Source of the DNA: a virus
Direction: 5' to 3' (one strand)
Length of the DNA: 29,168 nucleotides
Virus record (IMG/VR): IMGVR_UViG_3300025012_000245
Of this stretch, positions 16,879-23,100 are shown piece by piece (the stretch's first letter is position 1; the number at the start of each line of letters is the position of its first letter). The notes under the pieces were generated by a model. That model made no database searches. It worked only from the letters and a program-made list of their open reading frames with translations, and was not told the DNA's origin. The position numbers and the translations under genes were made by a program.

Positions 16879-17322
16879 ATGTTAGTAGAAACTAAATATA
16901 ATTATAGAGATACCGTATATCCAATTAGTACAAGATTTGAAACACTTAAAATACCTACAAATTGTCCAGCTTGCGATGATAAAGGGAAAGTTGAACTGAA
17001 TGGTAATAATTATACGTGTCCTAAATGCAGAGGTTATACATATCGTGAAGTAGAAGGAGATATTGAATATTATGTAGCCTTTAGTCAAGGTAAAGTTGGG
17101 AAAATAGATATTAATATTTACGATCCTAAATATGAAGGGAAATATGGAAACAAATCTGAAATTAGATACATGTTAGATTCGACTGGAATAGGTAGTGGTA
17201 CAGTTTGGGAAGAGGATAATTTATTCTTATCTAGAGAAGAAGCACAAGCCGAATGTGATATGAGGAACAATGCATTAAAGATTAAGAAATTGGAAGAAGC
17301 AAATACAATCAAAGCAAATTAA
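16879..17322 (+). CDS. zinc-ribbon-containing protein
   Basis: RBS 'GAAAGGAATG'. 'CPACDDKGKV...CPKCRG'. Confidence 0.6.
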   Translation: MLVETKYNYRDTVYPISTRFETLKIPTNCPACDDKGKVELNGNNYTCPKCRGYTYREVEGDIEYYVAFSQGKVGKIDINIYDPKYEGKYGNKSEIRYMLDSTGIGSGTVWEEDNLFLSREEAQAECDMRNNALKIKKLEEANTIKAN

Positions 17323-17346
17323 GATTTTAAGGGGAAGGAGAAAATT

Positions 17347-17583
17347 ATGATACTAAAATCATTTGAAGAAATGCGCGATGATGAAACAATTTGTGATTAT
17401 TGTCATCAAACAGATTATGGAGAACATAAATCTTGTGTTACACCTTCTGGATACTCATCTTGTGAAGGAATGTGGTGTGAAGAAGCTTACGAGGCATATT
17501 TAGATGATAATAATGCATCTAAAATATTAATAAAATATCAAAATAATGTAAAATTATTAAATAAGGAGGAATTAATAAAATGA
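17347..17583 (+). CDS. Cys/His-rich small protein
   Basis: RBS 'AAGGGGAAGGAGAAAATT'. Confidence 0.55.
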   Translation: MILKSFEEMRDDETICDYCHQTDYGEHKSCVTPSGYSSCEGMWCEEAYEAYLDDNNASKILIKYQNNVKLLNKEELIK

Positions 17584-18188
17584 GTACAGCACTTAAATTT
17601 GAATTTGATTTTGAAGAAGTTTTTGAGGGAATTAAGTTAGGGGTAATTAAAGAAATGTCAGAAATGACTTTTGATGATATTACCACCAGTGCGATTAATC
17701 AGATTAAAAATGAAATGAAAAATAAAATATCTCTTACATATAAAGACGAATATGAAATCAGAGACGAAATTAAAGATGAAATCAAAGAAAAAGTATATCA
17801 AAAATTAATTGCAGAAATTAAAGATGAATATAAAAAGAAGTATGAAGAAGCATTTAGTAAAGATGTGACAAATGCACTTAACCTTGCCGAAGAAGATGTT
17901 ATAGAAGAGATAAAATCTGAAACGATTGATAGGTTATATAGTAATTTGTATTCAAATATTCAAAGTCAAGTAAAATCTAAGATTAATAATTCTATATCTG
18001 AAATTATTAATGCAATCACAGGGAATAGTATTAAAGTTGAAAATACTAAAAATACGATTTCTAAAGAAGAATATAGTGAACTTCTGCACAGAGATGAAAC
18101 ATTAACTGCATTGGAAAACGGTGGAGTAGATAACTGGGAATGGTATGGAGAATCTTTAAGTAATTATTTTAAAAACAAAAATAAATAA
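17580..18188 (+). CDS. charged coiled-coil protein
   Basis: ATGA overlap. K/E-rich heptad-like sequence. C-terminal 'LENGGVDNWEWYGESL'. Confidence 0.6.
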   Translation: MSTALKFEFDFEEVFEGIKLGVIKEMSEMTFDDITTSAINQIKNEMKNKISLTYKDEYEIRDEIKDEIKEKVYQKLIAEIKDEYKKKYEEAFSKDVTNALNLAEEDVIEEIKSETIDRLYSNLYSNIQSQVKSKINNSISEIINAITGNSIKVENTKNTISKEEYSELLHRDETLTALENGGVDNWEWYGESLSNYFKNKNK

Positions 18189-18230
18189 TTTAAATTGTAG
18201 TTTTTAATGGAAATTAGAAAGGGGTTAATT

Positions 18231-18494
18231 ATGGGATATATAACTAAATTTAATATTGGTGATACTGTATGGTTTAAAGAAGAAGAAACGGTATATGGAA
18301 CTAATTGCCCATGTTGTAGTGGTAGATTACCTGATTCTAAGGCAATGAAGGTACACAAAACTACAGTTAAAGAAATATTTATTGGAAGTGGATATAATGA
18401 ACCATACGAACAATATAATTTAACATATCCACGTAGTCTTTCTGCAAGTAAACTTTATGCAACTAAAAATGAAGCAGAGGAATCTATTAAATAA
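18231..18494 (+). CDS. small CxxC protein
   Basis: 'AAAGGGGTTAATT-ATG'. 'TNCPCCSGRLPD'. Confidence 0.55.
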   Translation: MGYITKFNIGDTVWFKEEETVYGTNCPCCSGRLPDSKAMKVHKTTVKEIFIGSGYNEPYEQYNLTYPRSLSASKLYATKNEAEESIK

Positions 18495-18520
18495 AGTTGA
18501 TTGTATAGGAGGAATATAAA

Positions 18521-18931
18521 ATGGATACAAAATTAATATTAGACTTTCTTAGTAAATTAGGAGATCAAGTAAGTTCCACTGGGCAAGAAGTATTTAAAAT
18601 TTATATGCAACAATCTTATGTAGATGGAATATCATCATTAATTTGGGCATCAGTATTATTTTTAATTTTTATTGTTGGATGCAGTATTGCAGGTTTTGTA
18701 TTGATATCTAAAAGTAAAAAACTAAATATGAAAGATTTTGATTCTAAGAATGATTTTGAAGAAGAAAAAATTGCTTATATATGTGTTGGAATAGCGTTTG
18801 TTGTTATAGGATGTATTCTTTTCTTAATATTTGGGATGTCGGAATTAACAAATGGGATAAAGCATTTAATTAACCCTCAATATTATGCTATACAAGATTT
18901 AGCTAATGCTGTAAAAAGTGCAGTAAAATAG
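18521..18931 (+). CDS. membrane protein (2 TM)
   Basis: RBS 'ATAGGAGGAATATAAA'. Confidence 0.6.
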   Translation: MDTKLILDFLSKLGDQVSSTGQEVFKIYMQQSYVDGISSLIWASVLFLIFIVGCSIAGFVLISKSKKLNMKDFDSKNDFEEEKIAYICVGIAFVVIGCILFLIFGMSELTNGIKHLINPQYYAIQDLANAVKSAVK

Positions 18932-18977
18932 CATCAAAAACAAGTTTTATTTTACTTTAAAGGTGGTGATGATATAT

Positions 18978-19112
18978 ATGTTTGTAATATTTATTCTTGC
19001 TATAGTAGTATTACTATTATTCTTAGCAATACCACTATACTCAAAAATAGGCCAGAAAATTGAACAAGTAGAAAATATAATTAAAGAGGAGATTAAAAAT
19101 AATGAGAAATAA
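18978..19112 (+). CDS. small single-TM membrane peptide (44 aa)
   Basis: 'AAAGGTGGTGATGATATAT-ATG'. Overlaps the start of the SPFH gene. Confidence 0.4.
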   Translation: MFVIFILAIVVLLLFLAIPLYSKIGQKIEQVENIIKEEIKNNEK

Positions 19113-20013
19113 TTTTGAAATCGGAGATATTTTAACAATGAATAAATTCACTAAAGGTTTAATTGCAGTTGGAGTATCAGCAGTTGTCTTACTTGCAGGT
19201 TTTGGAATGTCAACTACAAAGATTAATCCAGGACATGCAGGAATTGTATATAATGTATCTGGTGGTCTAGAAGATATTACATTGAGTCAAGGATGGCACA
19301 TAGTAGCACCTTGGAAAAGTATTAGAGAATATCCTATTAGTACAGAAACAGTATGGTTAACACAGGCTAAAACAGAGGGTTCACCCAATGATGATTCCTA
19401 TAATACTTCTACTATGGAAGGAAAACCTGTAAACGTAGACGCTTATTTTACATATCATGTGAATGTAGAAAAATTACCTGCAATATTTAATAGATTTAAA
19501 GGCGCAGATATCGAATCTATCCAATCAGGATATTTAAAGCAACAGGTGAAAACAGCTTCTCAATCAGTTACATCTAGTTATAGTGTTCTTGATTTGTACG
19601 GCAATAAGCGTTCAGAGATTCAAAATAAAATCCATGATATATTAATCAAAGAATTAACTCCATTTGGATTAGAAGTCGAAACATTTAGTTTTGGAGAAAT
19701 TCGTCCTGATGCAGATACTATGAAAGCAATTCAGGCAAAAGTTGATGCACAGCAAAAACTTCAACAAATGCAAACAGAATTAGAGCAATCAAAAGTTACA
19801 GCAGATAAAGCGAGAGTTGATGCGAAAGGGATAGCGGATGCAGCAGTAATTAGAGCAACAGGCGAAGCAGAAGCAAATCAAAAATTACAAGCATCGTTAA
19901 CTCCTGAATTGATTCAAAAATTATGGATTGATAAGTGGGATGGTCAACAATCTCAAGTTGTTGGTAGTGGAAGTCAAATGATTAATATTCCGGCTATTGG
20001 TGGGTCTAAGTAA
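19102..20013 (+). CDS. SPFH/band-7 (stomatin/prohibitin/HflK-C-like) membrane protein
   Basis: Strong RBS 'AGAGGAG'. N-terminal TM 'LIAVGVSAVVLLAGFG', then 'PGHAGIVYNVSGG...GWHIVAPW', typical of an SPFH domain, then a coiled-coil tail. Confidence 0.75.
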   Translation: MRNNFEIGDILTMNKFTKGLIAVGVSAVVLLAGFGMSTTKINPGHAGIVYNVSGGLEDITLSQGWHIVAPWKSIREYPISTETVWLTQAKTEGSPNDDSYNTSTMEGKPVNVDAYFTYHVNVEKLPAIFNRFKGADIESIQSGYLKQQVKTASQSVTSSYSVLDLYGNKRSEIQNKIHDILIKELTPFGLEVETFSFGEIRPDADTMKAIQAKVDAQQKLQQMQTELEQSKVTADKARVDAKGIADAAVIRATGEAEANQKLQASLTPELIQKLWIDKWDGQQSQVVGSGSQMINIPAIGGSK

Positions 20014-20068
20014 TCAAATATCAAGAATTAATTTAATAATAATTTAAAAAAGAAAGAGGTAATAAATA

Positions 20069-20377
20069 ATGTTTAATAAATTAATCGAGATGGTAATGTC
20101 AAATCCTAAATTAGCTAAACCAATGATGAGTGAATTAGTCGATCAATACAAACCTCTATTATATGGAGTTGCTGAAGAATTTTTTAATATCTATAAAGAT
20201 TATGCTAATAATATTGAATATTTTGCTACTACTGCAACTGTTAAAAAGAATCAATATGATGCATATGTCAGTGTTGGATTTAGTCCAGAGCAATCTATGA
20301 GTTTGGTATTGAATGATGCAAAGAAAATGGAAGATAGATTAAATAAATTATCTTCAGGCGTAAAATCAAAGAAATAA
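20069..20377 (+). CDS. hypothetical protein
   Basis: RBS 'AAGAAAGAGGTAATAAATA'. Confidence 0.55.
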   Translation: MFNKLIEMVMSNPKLAKPMMSELVDQYKPLLYGVAEEFFNIYKDYANNIEYFATTATVKKNQYDAYVSVGFSPEQSMSLVLNDAKKMEDRLNKLSSGVKSKK

Positions 20378-20389
20378 TGAAATTAGTAA

Positions 20390-20413
20390 GGGGAGAGCAA
20401 CAAATATCTCCCC
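20390..20413 (+). terminator. terminator-like hairpin GGGGAGA-N10-TCTCCCC
   Basis: 13 nt after the stop. GC-rich stem, with T-rich sequence about 12 nt downstream. Confidence 0.35.
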
Positions 20414-20443
20414 TACCTCCAAATAAATTTTAATTAGAGGTGA

Positions 20444-20671
20444 TATTTAATTAAAATCGAGTTTGAAAATGGAAGCGCAATAGAATGTTTTGAATCAAGT
20501 GTTAATAGCAGAGGATACAGAAGCACATTAATTAGTTTTTATTGTTTACAATGTAACACTATTCATGTAGATTACCCGATATCTAAAATTATGTCTATTA
20601 GTGAATCGTTTTCAATATGTAAAGAAAGTTATGAAAAGATATTAGAACCATATATGAGCAAAGGAGAATGA
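20444..20671 (+). other. ORF paralogous to 13828 ('IKIEFENGSAIE...') lacking a canonical start codon
   Basis: 75 sense codons opening right after a TGA. The only in-frame ATG is at 20591. 'AGAGG' lies 9 nt upstream of an ATT codon at 20450. Confidence 0.3.
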
Positions 20672-20678
20672 GGATTTA

Positions 20679-20963
20679 ATGGACATTAATAAAACAATAG
20701 AAAAACTTGAAGAATATAAGGAGTATAAGCGTAGTATAGATCCATTTAATATTGAAATGAACAGGTTAATGAATGATGTATATCCTTATGAAAAACTGTA
20801 TAGTATTTTTAAACTAGGTCAAGCACAAATGTTAGCGATGTTTAAAAACCATTTATGTCAATATTTCTGTAAAGATGATAAAGATTATATTGATGCTATT
20901 GTTAAACAGTCAAAAGAAGATATAGAAATGAAAAGTTTCTTGGATATTTTGATTAAAGAATAA
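20679..20963 (+). CDS. hypothetical protein
   Basis: RBS 'AAAGGAGAATGAGGATTTA'. Confidence 0.55.
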   Translation: MDINKTIEKLEEYKEYKRSIDPFNIEMNRLMNDVYPYEKLYSIFKLGQAQMLAMFKNHLCQYFCKDDKDYIDAIVKQSKEDIEMKSFLDILIKE

Positions 20964-21013
20964 AATACAGAAATTATCCATTTGCTAGAAAAAATGTAAA
21001 GGAGAAATGAAAA

Positions 21014-21202
21014 ATGGCAAAGGAAAAATTAATGAAGATTGGCGAATTAACCTTTATAATTGCTTCAAATTGTAATTTTAGATTGCCAGAAACTAATTGT
21101 CAACATAGAGAATCATGTAAAAGTGCATATATGACAATGGGAGATTATAAATGTCCGTTAGGTGTAATAAGAGATATGTCTAAAATTTATATTCAAGAGT
21201 AA
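21014..21202 (+). CDS. hypothetical Cys-containing small protein
   Basis: RBS 'AAAGGAGAAATGAAAA'. Confidence 0.5.
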   Translation: MAKEKLMKIGELTFIIASNCNFRLPETNCQHRESCKSAYMTMGDYKCPLGVIRDMSKIYIQE

Positions 21203-21245
21203 ATTAATTGTTATATTTATACTAAGTGAAAGGAAAGGAGTTATA

Positions 21246-21473
21246 ATGATGGCAGTTATATATGATTGTATGTATTGTGGAAAAGGAATCAGCTCAGACA
21301 TGAATTTTGAAGGCAATGCAGTAGATTTTCAAAAATGGTTTCTTGATAAGGTAAAACAATTATCTGATAAATGTGAATGTAGAAAAGAAGGTATGCATTG
21401 CAGACATTTACATACTGAATCAACACATCCTTATGGATGGATCGCATGTAAAAATAATACATTAAATCATTAG
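21246..21473 (+). CDS. Cys/His-rich small protein
   Basis: RBS 'GAAAGGAAAGGAGTTATA'. 'CMYCGKG...CECRKEGMHCRHLH'. Confidence 0.5.
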   Translation: MMAVIYDCMYCGKGISSDMNFEGNAVDFQKWFLDKVKQLSDKCECRKEGMHCRHLHTESTHPYGWIACKNNTLNH

Positions 21474-21497
21474 ATTAATTAGAAGGAGAGAATAAAT

Positions 21498-21677
21498 ATG
21501 GACTTAAAGAAAGCACAGGCAACCAAAGGTGGTAAAATACATATTGCACATTTAAAATCTAATATGAGTTTATGTTTACAATATGTTGGTGAAGATGTTC
21601 AAAATATTCAAGATAAAAACGTGAATTGTAAAAGATGTATAAAGGCATATGCAAAAATTGAAGGGAATGAGGAATAG
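21498..21677 (+). CDS. hypothetical small protein (59 aa)
   Basis: 'AGAAGGAGAGAATAAAT-ATG'. Confidence 0.45.
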   Translation: MDLKKAQATKGGKIHIAHLKSNMSLCLQYVGEDVQNIQDKNVNCKRCIKAYAKIEGNEE

Positions 21678-21699
21678 AGTTAAATATAAAAATAAAAAG

Positions 21700-21728
21700 T
21701 TGACTTATATTTAAAAAAATGTTATAAT
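21700..21728 (+). promoter_or_regulatory. consensus sigma-A promoter TTGACT-17-TATAAT with TG extended -10
   Basis: TTGACT (21700-05), 17-nt spacer, 'TGtTATAAT' (21720-28). Heads the operon containing the MVP gene. Confidence 0.65.
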
Positions 21729-21767
21729 TATTATGAGTCAAAAAAAATACAAAAAGGAGATAAACTT

Positions 21768-22160
21768 ATGAAAACATCAAATTTCACAGACATCTTTAAA
21801 ACTATGCAAACTAAATTTCCATTTGAAGAATGTACTGAAAAAGACAAGAAAGAAGAAGCAATTTACAATTCAAAGAATAAATATTTATGTTTAGTTGTAG
21901 ACAAAAGATTTAAAGACAATATAGAGTTAAAAATTATGACACCTTACATATGGGGAGGAAATGAATCAAAATATTCAGGACATGAAGGTTTTAAAGACTT
22001 TGTTGGTTATGGATGGATTAATGAAGATGGTTATTATATTGATAATTTTGAAAATCCTATACATGTTATTGATGATGAAATTGTAATCGGGTTTGTGCAG
22101 TACGAAGATAGAAATAGTGATGATTTAAAATTGTGGGATATTGTAAAAGAAGAAGATTAA
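21768..22160 (+). CDS. hypothetical protein
   Basis: RBS 'AAAAGGAGATAAACTT'. 130 aa. Confidence 0.6.
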   Translation: MKTSNFTDIFKTMQTKFPFEECTEKDKKEEAIYNSKNKYLCLVVDKRFKDNIELKIMTPYIWGGNESKYSGHEGFKDFVGYGWINEDGYYIDNFENPIHVIDDEIVIGFVQYEDRNSDDLKLWDIVKEED

Positions 22161-22198
22161 TAAATATTTTACATGTGAAGCGAGGCGATTACATATAA

Positions 22199-22762
22199 TT
22201 GAATTTTAACAAACCTAAAAATGAATCAGAGACACACTTTTTACTAAAGGAAATATCTAAATACATATTATTTGGATGGGGTTACAAAATGTTAGCCACT
22301 GAAGTTGGTGGCATGTGGGACTTAGACATCGGCAAAAAGAGAAAAGAAATAATTGATTGTGTTGGACTCAAAAAGATTTCAGATGGTAGAGGTAAGTATC
22401 ATTATGATGTTAAAGGAATTGAAGCAAAAGCAAGTTTAAGTGATTATAATAATGGGTTTTGTTGCGCAAGTGCAATGAGTTATGTAATAAGTACAGTAAA
22501 CACTATTCCTATTAATTTACTACCTCCATCCATAGGATTAATCGAAGTAGATTTTGATATTTTTGAGTTAAAGAAATATTCACAAAGGATTCCTGATATG
22601 CAGGGAGTTGAATTGGTTAAAAGAGCTAAGAGAAAAATTGATAGTAGATTCAAGTCCGAAGAAGCATATAGAAAATGGTGTGAAAAGTGTTTAGAAAGAG
22701 TTGCTTATAGAAGTAGTAGTGAATTATTGTTTTGGAGGAATTTTATTGAGTTTAGTAAGTAG
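22199..22762 (+). CDS. hypothetical protein, possible PD-(D/E)xK-type nuclease fold
   Basis: TTG start after 'GCGAGGCG'. 'E...GMWDLDIGKK...(x)n...GIEAKAS' fits a D-x(n)-E-x-K arrangement. This is tentative. Confidence 0.45.
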   Translation: MNFNKPKNESETHFLLKEISKYILFGWGYKMLATEVGGMWDLDIGKKRKEIIDCVGLKKISDGRGKYHYDVKGIEAKASLSDYNNGFCCASAMSYVISTVNTIPINLLPPSIGLIEVDFDIFELKKYSQRIPDMQGVELVKRAKRKIDSRFKSEEAYRKWCEKCLERVAYRSSSELLFWRNFIEFSK

Positions 22763-22789
22763 AAAATAAATAAATGGAGGTAGTATATA

Positions 22790-22939
22790 GTGGCAACTTT
22801 TATGGGGTATACGGTATTTTGTGATTGTAAATCAGAAAATATAAAGTCTTTAGATGATGTAGAGCATGGATATGATAGTTATGCAAGATATGAATGCTTA
22901 GATTGCGGAAATACATTTGAAATTATGCTTCCACAATAA
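22790..22939 (+). CDS. small zinc-ribbon protein (GTG start, 49 aa)
   Basis: 'GGAGG' 9 nt upstream. 'CDCKS...CLDCGN'. Confidence 0.4.
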   Translation: MATFMGYTVFCDCKSENIKSLDDVEHGYDSYARYECLDCGNTFEIMLPQ

Positions 22940-23100
22940 TCAGTTCAAAGTTTAGTTTTATTCTATATAAGGTGGTGAATAATTAAATATGGATAAATAT
23001 TTGATGAATAACTTATAGATAATTTTAGGATATGTTAATTAATTCTAGTAAAATTTTGATATTCAAATAAAAAATAAAATGATAAAGGGGATTTATAAAA

